A DNA stretch of 63,694 nucleotides, filler included, from Octopus bimaculoides (Eukaryota): the NCBI RefSeq assembly GCF_001194135.2. It is 6 parts of 5 records of this genome, joined end to end, with 100 filler letters (N's around TTAATTAATTAA, not from the genome) between each part and the next. Parts side by side here need not be neighbours in the genome. Positions count along the whole stretch, not along the records: positions 8,390 to 30,282 come from NC_068983.1; 5 more parts are not named here. The stretch is one strand, 5' to 3'. Shown here piece by piece: positions 12,655 to 24,720 of the stretch. Each line of letters opens with the position of its first letter. Position 1 is the first letter of the stretch. The notes beneath the pieces are model-generated. The model saw only the letters and a program-made list of their open reading frames with translations. It ran no database searches and was not told the DNA's origin. Both the position numbers and the translations under genes were made by a program.

Positions 12655-12960
12655 TTGGCACTCCGTCGGTTTCGACGACGACGAGGATTTCAGTTGATCC
12701 GATAAATGAAACAACTTACTCGTGAAATTAATGCGCAAGGAGCTGAACACTCCACATACATGTGTACCCTTAACATAGTTGTCAAGGAGATTCAGCGTGA
12801 CAGAGAGTATGACAAGGATGGCTCTTTGAAATACAAGTACTACTCATTCTTGCTAATTGAGTGAACTGGAATAACGTGAAATAAAGTGTCTTATTCAAGG
12901 ACACAACGCGCCGCCCGGAACTGAACTCACGATCTTACGATCATGAGCCAAATACCCGAA
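12655..12960 (-). mobile_element. tRNA-derived SINE family D (central core plus tail shared with family C), head truncated
   Basis: Homologous to 22198-22470 (+) and 30425-30750 (-). Confidence 0.75.
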
Positions 12961-12974
12961 CCTTCACTGATATT

Positions 12975-13367
12975 GATGTTGTTGTTGTTGGCACTCCGTT
13001 GCTTACGACGTCGAGGGTTCCAGTTGGTCCGATCAATGGAACAACCTGCCCGTGAAATTAACGTGCAAGTGGCTGAGCACTCCACAGACACGTGTACCCT
13101 TAATGTAGTTCTCGGGGATATTCAGCGTGACACAGTGTAACAAGGCTGACCCTTTGAATTACAGGCACAACAGAAACAGGAAGTAAGAGTGAGAGAAAGT
13201 TGTGGTGAAAGAGTACAGCAGGGTTTGCCACCATCCCCTGCCGGAGCCTCGTGGAGCTTTAGGTGTTTTCGCTCAATAAACACTCACAACACCTGGTCTG
13301 GGAATCGAAACCGCGATCCTATAACCGCGAGTCCGCTGCCCTAACCATTGGGCCATTGCGCATCCAC
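12975..13367 (-). mobile_element. tRNA-derived SINE family C, full length with (AAC)n tail
   Basis: Minus-strand head gtggatgcgcaatggcccaatggttagggcagcgg...ggtttcgattccc (A- and B-box-like). (AAC)n tail, possible 6-bp TSD gatatt (12969-74 / 13368-73). Very similar copy at 30010-30282. Confidence 0.85.
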
Positions 13368-13489
13368 GATATTTTAAGGCCGGTACCCTTCATCAAATTT
13401 CATCGCTCCCAGTGAGCTAAGCCAGGGAACACGTTTCCATTCTCGACTGAAGAGAGATCATGAGTTAATTGACTCATTCTACTAAGACA

Positions 13490-13700
13490 GTGATCTGGCT
13501 GAACCATTAGCACGCCAGGCAAAACGCTAAGTGCCATTTCGTCCGTCTTCATGTTCTGAGTTCAAATTCCGTCAAAGCTGGCTTTTCCTTTTGTCCTTTC
13601 TGGTTCCACAAAATCAGCATGATTTGAGTTCAGGGGTAGAAGTAATCGAAATACCTCCGACCTCGCTGGCCGTGTGCCAAAATTTGAAATCAATATATTT
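13490..13700 (+). mobile_element. SINE family B, diverged
   Basis: ctggctgaaccattagcacgccagg...gttctgagttcaaattccg matches 40227-40459. Confidence 0.7.
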
Positions 13701-14188
13701 GTTATCTCTCTTTTGAGTTAGGTTGCAACAGTCTTACTTCTCTAACACTGCCATTTATACATTACCACCGATATCCTCAGCATCACGTTAGTGTATCGTT
13801 CGTAGTCCACTGATGTCGCGAGCATTTGAGGCAAGTTGAAAACGCTCAGTTATTTGGAAAACTTGGGTGTCTTAATGTTTTGCAGTAGGAAACTGCAATG
13901 CATGCACCTATGACAATTTTAAAACAACTTGTATAAATACATACGCGCGCGCATACAAACACACACGTTTGTGTGGGTGTGGGCGAAAGTATGTATATGT
14001 GTGCGAAGTAATTACAGGAAACTGTAATTTACCAATTTTTGCTGTCTACGTCTGACGAGGGTATTGTTTTTAATATAAAATCATTGAAACAGTCGTGATG
14101 AATGACTAGAAATATCATTAACTTCTTTTCTCTGATTGAGGCTCTTTTATCCAGTTACGGCGTGAATCCAGATATATGCAAATTTTAT

Positions 14189-14234
<46 letters not shown>

Positions 14235-15092
14235 AGTAAAAATAAGTACAAAAAAGGTGTTTTTTTTGTATGATTGTGTATAGAGGAATATATTATTTTG
14301 TTTAAAAGAGTTCCAACACTGTCTGTTTTTTATGTTTTATTTATATNNNNNNNNNNNNNNNNNNNNNNNNNNNNNNNNNNNNNNNNNNNNNNNNNNNNNN
14401 NNNNNNNNNNNNNNNNNNNNNNNNNNNNNNNNNNNNNNNNNNNNNNNNNNNNNNNNNNNNNNNNNNNNNNNNNNNNNNNNNNNNNNNNNNNNNNNNNNNN
14501 NNNNNNNNNNNNNNNNNNNNNNNNNNNNNNNNNNNNNNNNNNNNNNNNNNNNNNNNNNNNNNNNNNNNNNNNNNNNNNNNNNNNNNNNNNNNNNNNNNNN
14601 NNNNNNNNNNNNNNNNNNNNNNNNNNNNNNNNNNNNNNNNNNNNNNNNNNNNNNNNNNNNNNNNNNNNNNNNNNNNNNNNNNNNNNNNNNNNNNNNNNNN
14701 NNNNNNNNNNNNNNNNNNNNNNNNNNNNNNNNNNNNNNNNNNNNNNNNNNNNNNNNNNNNNNNNNNNNNNNNNNNNNNNNNNNNNNNNNNNNNNNNNNNN
14801 NNNNNNNNNNNNNNNNNNNNNNNNNNNNNNNNNNNNNNNNNNNNNNNNNNNNNNNNNNNNNNNNNNNNNNNNNNNNNNNNNNNNNNNNNNNNNNNNNNNN
14901 NNNNNNNNNNNNNNNNNNNNNNNNNNNNNNNNNNNNNNNNNNNNNNATATATGGCAAGTAGATCCAAATATCATTGAGAAGAATTTCAAGAATTTCAGAG
15001 TATTTGACAACGAAAATATGTATAGAGAAAATCACATCTTTAATTGTAGAGTTCACCTTACAAAGCCAACAGTTGTTTCTACTGTGTGTATA

Positions 15093-15145
<53 letters not shown>

Positions 15146-15489
15146 ACATATATACATGTATGTGTGTGTGTGTGTATATAAAAACTGAAATTGTGCTGTG
15201 AGACTTTTAACGTATTCAGTAATGACTCTCCATGGAGAGTCATAACCATTACATCAGTCTATTTTTCATCAGAGTAATTTAATACTGATGCATCACAAAC
15301 TTGTCACTGGAGGGTTAGGTGTACACTGTTATACCGACCAAAGTTTTTGACTGGTATTATTTCTTTTATCGATCAAAGCAGGATGGATTCTAATCTCTAA
15401 ATCGACGGCATTTAACTCAAGACGTGAGAAAACACAACTAAACAGCACATATGGAATCTGCCGGATGTCCTATAAGAAACTTTCAACCA

Positions 15490-16580
15490 TTATCCCTTTT
15501 AAATCGATGTTCAATAGCAGCTGTGATTCTTGCCTTTAAGACGTCGGTATCTGTCACACAGCGTGTTGTACACAAAATATTCAATGGATTCTCAAAGAAA
15601 GAAATAATCGGGTCTAACGTTAGGAGATTCACTGCTCAATGAATCACACGACTGGAACCAATTAAGAATATCTCATTCAAGGAATCACCCATGATTAAGG
15701 TTGTATGAAGCGATGCACCATATTGCTGAAAAAATAACGAGTGTTTGCAGTTTTTTCAGTTGCGGATGGAAAAAGTGTAGCAAAATTTCGAAGTTGGTAT
15801 TGGAGATTAATGCTGTTTTACCGTAGAAGATTGATCCTGTCACGAGAACACATGGCAGGTCTCACTTCACTCTTAGTATGCACTGTGGTTTGCGTGACCC
15901 TCATACATACACATGTTGTTTGCTTATCTTGCCTGGAGCATAAAAATTTTCCTCCTCAGAAAACTTGATTCGTGATTAGATGGTGTTATATCCGTTGACT
16001 CTGTGAATTATAATTATTACAAGTGAAGCGTAATCACTGCACATTCCTTACTCAAGATCTAAATATGTTGTTTAATCAGTTACAGGATTTGTAACTTGCA
16101 TGGTTTCACCTTCAAACGCTTATGTAAGGCATTATGGCGACCGATACATCAGTATCTCTCCTGATCGACAAACTGGCATTGTGAACAGAATCGTTTGAAA
16201 ACATTCAACGTTTTCTTTAGACGTCTGAGGTTGCCCTCCACTTTTCTAACGCTGTCCATTTCTAGTTTCCTTAAACTGTTTACACTGAACTCGTATGGTT
16301 GCTCTCGATAAAGAAAACTGTTATAATTAGTTCTAATCATTCGTTGTATTTGTATGTGATTAGGTTTCAATAAGCCACTTAGTACATTGTGCTCGTTTGG
16401 AGAGTGTACGTATGAATATCTGAGAAATAAAAAAAAAAACTTGTAAAAAGCAGGAAAGAAAAAACTCTCGAGAAAAATATTGGCACTTTGTGGGCCATAT
16501 CGGACAATACTGGATTTTTTACACTTGAATTTTAGTATTGGACAGAGAAAAGGTACGTATAATTTTCGGACACACTATAC
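15490..16580 (-). mobile_element. Decayed Tc1/mariner rosa-type (DD41D-like) transposon, 3' end lost
   Basis: Minus strand, frameshifted: ALHKRLKVKPCKLQIL, RIKFSEEENFYAPGKISKQHVYV*GS, FFQQYGASLHT, RPDYFF, VLKARITAAIE. TIR-like tatagtgtgtccgaaaatt at ~16560-16579. Confidence 0.6.
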
Positions 16581-16924
16581 ATAACAGAGATACACATAAA
16601 ATACATTTTGATGCAGTAAAGTTGATAATTATTTCATTCATTCTATAAATATATTGCTTTTAATAAAGGCACAATGCCAACGATTTGAGGGTAGGTGGTT
16701 AATGCCACAGTTATAAGAAGACATTGATAAAGTGTCAGATTTGAGTATATACGAATTCTTTTGTATAATTCCTTTTACATTTGCTGAAAACGTCCAATTC
16801 AATTACATTACTGAAAACGTCCAATTCGAACATTACACTGTAACAATTGTCTTTTTGTCAGTAAATGTTATTTCTTATTTGTTTCTATCTACAAATCAAT
16901 GGAAATTACTATTATTCCCTCCAA

Positions 16925-17225
16925 ACTTTACTTTTGTGATCTCGACATCAATAATTTTGAAACTGACCTATCTTCCATTACATTTCAGACAGATTCAGCG
17001 CTGAGTTGATGGAGCAGAAATATCGTTATAGCAAATATTCTGCTTAATGCTTGTCAGTTGCTTGACCTTAATCATTTGAGCATGTCCTTTAGTGGCTGAT
17101 CATGAGCAGGAGTAGTGGGATCACCATAGCCATGTACTGAGATGAATTCTTTGGGGTTTGAATAAATGTAACAGAAGCAAACTTTCAAGGAAATATTAAC
17201 CGTTTTTCATACTTTCCAGGGGAAA
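16925..17225. repeat. Dispersed repeat; second copy at ~29140-29450
   Basis: Collinear similarity (atttcaga.agattcagcgctgag...gagcatgtcc.ttag.ggctga...catgagcaggagtagtggg...ttttcatacttt). Class unknown. Confidence 0.75.
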
Positions 17226-17456
17226 GCAAACAGGAAATAAAAGCTGCTAGTCAAGGATAAAAATTGTGTTATACAGTGTTATTTATTTATTTATTTATAA
17301 GTTTTTAGTAAAAGAATCTAGACAATAATACACTGAAATGTAAACATAGTACACAGTGAATACATGAGAGCTATACGTAAAGTGTATTATATAAACTCTA
17401 TCTGTAGAATATAGATGACCACGTTATGAAAAGAATTCACCAGACAGAATACAATA

Positions 17457-18718
17457 TATTGGGTCATCCCATAAATAATACGGTATTTTCAATTGCATGA
17501 ACTAATAATCGGAGAGGGACGGGGTAAACTTCCTAAAAAAGCAGGTAGTAATTTTACTTGGTACTTATTCTTAGTGCAAGTTTTGGAAAGTGCAGTTCGA
17601 TTTTAACAGTTATTTTTTCGAAGCTATAATGCAAGTGACAAAGGAGCATATTCGGCATATTTTGCTTTATGAGTTCAATAAAGGCAACTGCTCAACGGAA
17701 AGTGCGAGGAATATTAATACAGTATAAGAGGATCAGACTATTAGCGGAAGCTACTGTCAACGGTGGTTCCAGAAAGTACAGCTTAAAAGGCAAGCTTCGT
17801 CTTGGAAGACTTGTAGAGCTCGACGAGGACGTCCTGCAAAACCTTGGTGGAACAAAAATCCCATCGTAACTATTGAGGAACTAGCGTAGAAGCTTGGATT
17901 CGACCATTCAACAATTAATCGACACCTGCGTGCCATTCGCAAAAGTCTGCAAATTGGGTCAATGGGTTCCTCACAAACTTTCGTACCTAATCACGCGAAG
18001 AGTGAATGTGTGTTCTTAGTTGCTGTCACGTCTCACGAATGAACCTTTATTGGATCGAATAATGACTGATGACGAGAAATAGGTTCTCTACAAAAATGTT
18101 AAGCGTCGAAGACAGTGGGTTGGGAAAGGAGAAACGCCGGCACCTCAGGCTAAAGAAGGTCTTCACCCACGTAAGGTGTTGTTATCTGTTTGGTGGGATA
18201 CGAAACGTTTAGTCCACTTTGAACTTTTAAACCAAAACCAAACGATAACAAAGGAGTTCTACAACGAGCAGCTTGGGCGGTTAAGTCAGCGCTAGAAGAA
18301 AAATGAGCATCTTTAAATTCAAGATGAATGGTGTTGTTCCATGAAGATAATGCTCGGCCACATACAGCGAGGATGACATTCCAAAGGCTGGAGCAGTTTG
18401 AATGGGAAACAATGCCTCACCCACCATATTCGCCGGACATTGCCCATTTCATTATCATTTATTCCGCAGTCTTCAAAATAATTTGCATGGGAAAAATATG
18501 AATACTGTAGACGAGATTAAAACGATACTGAAGGAATATTTTTCGTCACGGACAAGTGAATTTTGGAAGAGGGGTCTTGAAAGTTTACCAAATAGATGGG
18601 AGAGCATTGTAGAAAATGAAGGAGAGTATATTTTAGATTAAAAAGAATTTTGTTTGTCTTAATTTTGAAAAATAATAGAAGTGTAATAAAACCGCATTAT
18701 TTATGGCATGACTCAATA
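17457..18718 (+). mobile_element. Full-length (~1.26 kb) mariner DD34D element with a disrupted transposase
   Basis: TIRs ttgggtcatcccataaataatacggt / accgcattatttatggcatgactcaa with TA on both sides. ATG at 17629 (MQVTKEHIRHILLYEFNKG), WVPHKL, KVLLSVWWD, HEDNARPH, HPPYSPD, RWESIVENEGEYILD* (stop 18639-41). Contains frameshifts and stops. Confidence 0.95.
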
Positions 18719-19094
18719 CATTGCAGCTGATATATAAATTACATTGTTCATCGTAAAAACATGTTTGTAATACATTTTGTTTGTAATATATTATTAATAT
18801 CAGTGTACCTTGCTTTAATAATATATTGCAAAAATCCACAAATTAAACATCGTATAAACTACCAGACACTGGCCTGGAAAGTATTGAATAAGCTATAGAT
18901 GAATAATGTAATTTATAAATTTGTATGCAAGTTCGAAAGCTATAAAATTCATAACTGAAACTTGTATTTTGTATATGGCAGTACTGCATTATCTCTGTGC
19001 ATGCATAATTATGAATATACAGCAAGGAACCATTGCAAAATATTATATAGCAGAATGCAAAGACACGTAGCCTAGCATTGCATTAACTATTGCA

Positions 19095-19380
19095 AATTCG
19101 TGGTTTCGATTTCTAAACAGCTCTGTGTGTAATGTTCTTGAACAAAACACTTCATTTCACGTTGATCCGGTCCATTCTACTATAAATGTGTAACATTGCA
19201 ACAAACTGGCATCCCGTTCTGTGGGTATGTTGTTCTTCCCACTTAGCTAGCAGGGTGGCTTCGTTTGAAAGGTACATCAATGCGAAGAAACGCATTGTGA
19301 CTAGCCGTGTATAATAGCTCCCGATAGTCTGATTGATACAGTGATACCGCGATATAGCCGTATAAGAAATTAAAAGACAA
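19095..19380 (+). mobile_element. SINE with shared central core and a distinct tail (diverged)
   Basis: gtggtttcgatttc (B-box-like) followed by gttcttgaacaaaacacttcatttcacgttg. Confidence 0.6.
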
Positions 19381-19554
19381 GTAAGTTAAAATGCAGATAC
19401 ATTACATAGATTTAGATAAAAACATCTTAATATTACACAAGAGGTACATGGCCTGGTGAGGCTTGGTGGGGATACTGTGCTGATGTGTCTCAGGCAACAT
19501 GGTTATAGTATAGTATAGTAAGACAGCAGAGTAACCCCATTAGTAGGAGAGAGA

Positions 19555-19555
19555 T

Positions 19556-19610
<55 letters not shown>

Positions 19611-19685
19611 GTAGGTAGGTAGATACACCCATCCATCCATCCATCCATCCATCCATACATACATACATACATACATACATACATA
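19555..19685. repeat. Compound microsatellite (AGAT)n-(AGGT)-(CCAT)n-(ACAT)n
   Basis: Read directly from the sequence. Confidence 0.95.
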
Positions 19686-19739
19686 GAAGGATAGGACCTA
19701 CATGTAGCATGTAATCTCTGCATAATCTTGTTGCAAGTT

Positions 19740-20050
19740 GTTTGGTTAGGTTTATTCACGTGAGCGCTTTCGGATCAGAGATCCTTCATCAGACGTTCTT
19801 TCCATTTGCTTTTTTGTGGTGGTCATTGCTGGTGCTGGTTAAAGGCTCTGAAAGCAGTTGATGTACTTCCAGTCGGTGAACTCATTCCAGCGATTAAGGC
19901 TGGGTACTTTCTTCCTATTAAAGTGTGCGTCCGCGATTCTGAGGTTCACTGGATCTGTCCTCCTCGCCAGTATACGGGCGGGGAAAAATACCCACCACAT
20001 TGTTGGTGGTGTTCACCATCTGAGTTTTAGTTTCATACAATTGCCACAAT
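19740..20050 (-). mobile_element. Penelope-like retroelement 3' remnant (GIY-YIG endonuclease C-terminus plus pLTR)
   Basis: Minus strand reads EHHQQCGGYF / ARILARRTDPVNLRIADAHFNRKKVPSLNR, resembling the PLE endonuclease C-terminal L.I.EA..I....P.LN motif. It is followed by a hammerhead motif and AATAAA. Confidence 0.65.
19758..19796 (-). ncRNA. Minimal type-I hammerhead ribozyme
   Basis: Minus strand ACGU CUGAUGA A GGAUC-UCU-GAUCC GAAA G-CG-C UC^ACGU. Intact core, 4-bp stem I, 5-bp stem II, palindromic stem III. Confidence 0.75.
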
Positions 20051-20083
20051 AGAAAGCCAGAAATTTTGAAGGATGGTTTAGGC

Positions 20084-20431
20084 CAATGTTTCTCCACCGG
20101 AGTCCATGTGGCCCCGAGGGTCCATATAAGGTTTTTGGGGGTCCACGCAATAAAGTAATGAATTGGGGTTCCACAATAGTATTTTAAGGGCCCCTGGAAA
20201 AAATTTACTTCAGATATATGCATTGGTATGTATTGCAAGAAACAACTAGGTTTCTTTCTCTAACATTGTACATAGTTCAACCAACACAAGTTAATGTGTG
20301 GAAAACCAAATAAAAATATTGAAAGAAGTTTCTAGAATACTAGTTATAGGGCTATGGGAGTCCACGTGAATAAAATAGTAATCAAAGAGATCCATAGATA
20401 AAATTTAAAAAAAACTCGTTGAGAACCCGTG
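20084..20431. mobile_element. hAT (Charlie-like) MITE
   Basis: Ends caatgtttctccacc / gttgagaacccgtg. Flanking 8-mers gtttaggc and atctagga resemble the NTCTAGAN target. Confidence 0.6.
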
Positions 20432-21049
20432 ATCTAGGAGATTAAATGGATCTCAATGCTGGTGTTGTGTTTTATTGACCCCGAAAAGATAAGAGGCAAA
20501 GTCAGCATCGATTGGAGGAAGATATGAACTTACAAAAGGGCAAGTACATATTCAGCTAGACATTTTATCCGATACACTAACGTTTCTTCCTATTCACCAC
20601 CTGAGATTCTAATGTATTACTGAAGTGCAGACACACGACGTAACATAGTAACAGTAAACACTAGCAACAAACTAACAACCAGACCTGATGTCAGATTGTT
20701 TCCTGTATTCTAAAAGGCAGATGGCTTGATCAGTCTGAAATATCCAAATCCGGTTATAACGACATCAATATTAACATAACATCATAATTACTATGTCCTT
20801 TAATAAGACTACTATTATAAATGTCGATATGAAGCATATAAAGCATTTTATACGAAAGACAAGACTAGGAGTGCTCAGTAAAGGACGACAGACTTCGGAA
20901 ATGTTATTCTTCCGAAATAGTTTTAAATGTCTAATAATGAAATATGAAAGCACCCCTAACAGTAACAGTAAATATATATATATGTGTGTATGTGTGTATA
21001 TGTATACATAAATCTATATATATATATATACATATATATAAAATCTTTC

Positions 21050-21395
21050 TAGTTTTTTACTTGTTTCAGCCATTTGACTGCGGTCATGCTGAAGCACCGA
21101 TATTAGTCGAACAAATCGACCCCAAAACTTATTTTTTGCATGCCTAGTACTTATTCTATCGGGCTCTTTTGCTGAGCCTCTAGGTTACAGGGACGTAAAC
21201 ACACCAGTATCGGTTGTCAAGCGATGTGTTGGTGGAGACCAAACACAAATACACACACACGCGCGCACACACACACGCGCGCACACACACACACATATAT
21301 ATATATATATGATGGGCTTCTTTCAATTTCAGTCTACCAAATCAACTCACAAACTTTGGTCGGCCCGAGACTATAGACTTGCCCAATGTGCTACC
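21050..21395 (-). mobile_element. SINE family A, head truncated
   Basis: Collinear with the reverse complement of 56770-57105. Confidence 0.8.
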
Positions 21396-21443
21396 CAGGG
21401 GTCTAGCATATAAAAATCTGATAATTCAGAAAACTTGTATTAC

Positions 21444-21726
21444 ATGCGTATAAGAAGGGATGACCACTAGGTGGACATTCAATATGCTAGAAAGCGGTCA
21501 TCAATGACCCAACCACAAAGAAAAATAATCTTCTCCAGAAAAAAAATTCAGTAAACACCAGAGCATAGGCGGGCAGGACAAAATGAAAAATATACAAAAT
21601 AAAAATTAATTGTGTACCGGTTTCGCCATCATCTCTTTTACTTACGTAAAAACGTCTGTGGTTCGTCAGCATAATCGTTCTAACATATTGGATGTCCACC
21701 TAGTGGTCATCCCTTCTTCTACGCAT
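21444..21726. mobile_element. MITE with ~50-bp TIRs
   Basis: atgcgtataagaagggatgaccactaggtggacattcaatatgctagaa is near-perfectly complementary to ttctaacatattggatgtccacctagtggtcatcccttcttctacgcat. Confidence 0.85.
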
Positions 21727-22197
21727 ATATATATATATATACTCAAATAACCACCTGTTGACCTTCTACCTACACTGTCTATAGCGTCNNNNNNNNNNNN
21801 NNNNNNNNNNNNNNNNNNNNNNNNNNNNNNNNNNNNNNNNNNNNNNNNNNNNNNNNNNNNNNNNNNNNNNNNNNNNNNNNNNNNNNNNATCTTCATTGCA
21901 AGGAACGTGTTAATTCCCTGTAGTACAAATACTATTAAATATTAGCTTAGTCTTGACATATTTCTGTCTAAATAACTCACACATTTCATTCGTAGAACCA
22001 CATCTAAATTTCCATGTTACCCAAATATTCGACCGATCATCTAATGTCTCATTCTCTCGGGTCTGTCACAACACCTCACTGACTTAATCTTCATTAATCC
22101 TCACTCGATTAGTCTTCCCGACAAACATGATTCATGTCGACACCTAGAAAACTCACAACGTTTTCGAAACTGTAATACAAATTATCTAGTGATCAAC

Positions 22198-22470
22198 GTA
22201 GTGTAGATGTCACGTTAGTGGTTAGGGTATTTGACTCACACGATCGCAAGGTCATAAGTTCAATTCCTGGCGATGAATTGTGTTCTTGAGCATGACACTT
22301 TATTTCATGTAGCTCCAGTCCAACCTACTGCCAAAAATGAGTACTACCTGTATTTCAAAGGGTCAGCCTTGTCACACTGTGTCACGCTGAATCTCCATGA
22401 AAACTACGCCGAGGGTACAAATATTAGTGGAGTTCTCAGCCACATGCACGTTAATTTCACAGCAGGCTGT
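22198..22470 (+). mobile_element. tRNA-derived SINE family D
   Basis: Head ttagtggttagggtatttgactcac...aagttcaattcc, core gtgttcttgagcatgacactttatttcatgtagctccagt, tail tttcaaagggtcagccttgtcacactgtgtcacgctgaat shared with family C. Confidence 0.75.
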
Positions 22471-23112
22471 TTACAAAATATACATACATCTATACTGTAC
22501 ACACAAACACATAATGCATGCACAAAAAATATATAAGCGAGCGATTCAGCTGAAGAGAAAAAAAATTAATGAAATAAAAATTTCGCACGGTAATTCCAAA
22601 CAAATTCTTTCATTATCCGTTTCCCTTTATCGAAAGATAGCCAACAATTTTCACATATTTCATTGAATTTTTATTTACTGAACAAGAATCAAATACTTTT
22701 AGTGGTGGATGAGAAAACCGTACCTACAAGAGAAATGTATCGCTAAAGCAGGAAATACCAGTTATATTTTTGGCTGTCTTNNNNNNNNNNNNNNNNNNNN
22801 NNNNNNNNNNNNNNNNNNNNNNNNNNNNNNNNNNNNNNNNNNNNNNNNNNNNNNNNNNNNNNNNNNNNNNNNNNNNNNNNNNNNNNNNNNNNNNNNNNNN
22901 NNNNNNNNNNNNNNNNNNNNNNNNNNNNNNNNNNNNNNNNNNNNNNNNNNNNNNNNNNNNNNNNNNNNNNNNNNNNNNNNNNNNNNNNNNNNNNNNNNNN
23001 NNNNNNNNNNNNNNNNNNNNNNNNNNNNNNNNNNNNNNNNNNNNNNNNNNNNNNNNNNNNNNNNNNNNNNNNNNNNNNNNNNNNNNNNNNNNNNNNNNNN
23101 NNNNNNNNNNNN

Positions 23113-23235
23113 CTTCTTTCAGTTTCCGTCTATCAAATCCACTCACAAGGATTTGGTCGGCCCAAGGCTATAATAGAAAACACTTGTCCAATCTGGAACC
23201 ATGTGGTTGGGAAACAAGCTTTTTACCGCAGAGTC
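23113..23235 (-). mobile_element. SINE family A, 5' fragment
   Basis: cttctttcagtttccgtctatcaaatccactcacaagg...ggaaccatgtggttggg. Confidence 0.75.
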
Positions 23236-24007
23236 ACGATTGTTAGATAATTAATATTCTGAGAATGACCATCGGTGCGCAAAGAATATTTTGACAATTG
23301 GAATTTAACTTTGTTTACTGGACAACCAAATGCTAAGCCGGACGTTCATAACAGGCCACTTCTGGTGTGTCTACAGTCAAATCACCTAATGTTTTAACAA
23401 CCAGTATTATGTAATACTAAGAAGCTACTTCACTAAGATGTTGTTTGCAACCGAGCCGTGAGGCCACGGCATTATTAATGAATATTTTTTTACTTTACAG
23501 TATTAAAATCATTCTGTCTGTTTTGCCAATGAATTTATACAATTATAACTGGGCCATCATTGGTGCACTGGGACTTAACATTAACTGATTTGATAATGGT
23601 TACCGATAATATAATTAGAAGGGTATGGACTTGTCATGCAATCATATTCTCGCAATGCATGTTGATAGAAACCGTTAATGACCTTAAGTTTAGCGATTAG
23701 ATTTAGGTATCGCACTGCATAAAACCCACTTTCTGTAACGTCATATCTATAGACTTGCCTTAAATATATAGCCACAGACCTAAATTTACATTGTTGCTTT
23801 AATACCTCACCTCTATAGATGTAACCTGACGTTCGTCCTTCATGACTCTGAAAATGATCAGATTAGCAGCTGGTGAGGTACCTTATTAGGCTAATATTAG
23901 TATAAAATCCAGGGTTAAAACGAGAGCATATAACAGAATCGAGACCCAATGCCACTCTTGCTTTCTGTGCATCCCTCTTCTACATTATGTTTTAGACTTA
24001 ATCTATT

Positions 24008-24206
24008 GTTGGAAAGTTCCTGGCTTTAAGGATATCGCAAAAGGCCTGGATGAAGGCACAACCTGCTGAGTTCTTACAGTGCTTAGAAAAACTGGAGGAC
24101 CGCTGTGTGTAAAGCTGTGAGAGGAATATGTTGAATAAAATCATAACTAACTGATCCTCCTGTATTTTCTTTTACCCAACGCAAGGAACTTTTCAGTACC
24201 CTCACA
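24008..24206 (+). mobile_element. Mariner-derived ~200-bp MITE; second copy at 57777-57986 in the opposite orientation
   Basis: Ends gaaagttcctggcttt / aggaacttttcagtaccc. Retains transposase C-terminal traces (cttagaaaaactggaggaccgctg...ggaatatgttgaataa). Confidence 0.7.
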
Positions 24207-24669
24207 TAACATCTTAGTAGGGAAGGACACGCTGAGCCCGAGAGACATCCAAAATCCCTGTAATATTAGGCAGCTTGAAGCGGTTAATTTTAGAGTGTAA
24301 CTACTGTTATATATAATGAGACTTTTTTGCCCATATCTCGTCACTTCGCAAATTTTTATACATTTTTATACACATCGTAAAAATACCGGTATATCCACTC
24401 AAAGAATGATACCCATTTAATCATGTCGTATTGTTTTTGTTGATGTCCCATAAAGGAGTAGTTACACATGTAGATTTGGGTTAGATAGTACTAAATTGAA
24501 GTCACAACTGAGATCGATAAGATCAACTAAAAAATCATTTAAAAGTGCAGCAGAATGGCTGATATCTATGCAAGAATGTGTGTTTGTATTTGTGAGTGTG
24601 TATGTATCCATACATATATACATAGATATATCAATATATACACATTTACACAGGTGTTATGTATATGTA

Positions 24670-24720
<51 letters not shown>

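Noticed and set aside
13290-13367. tRNA gene (also the heads at 22200, 29510, 40230, 56715)
   Set aside because: A/B-box-like motifs without a full cloverleaf or acceptor stem, continuing into SINE bodies.
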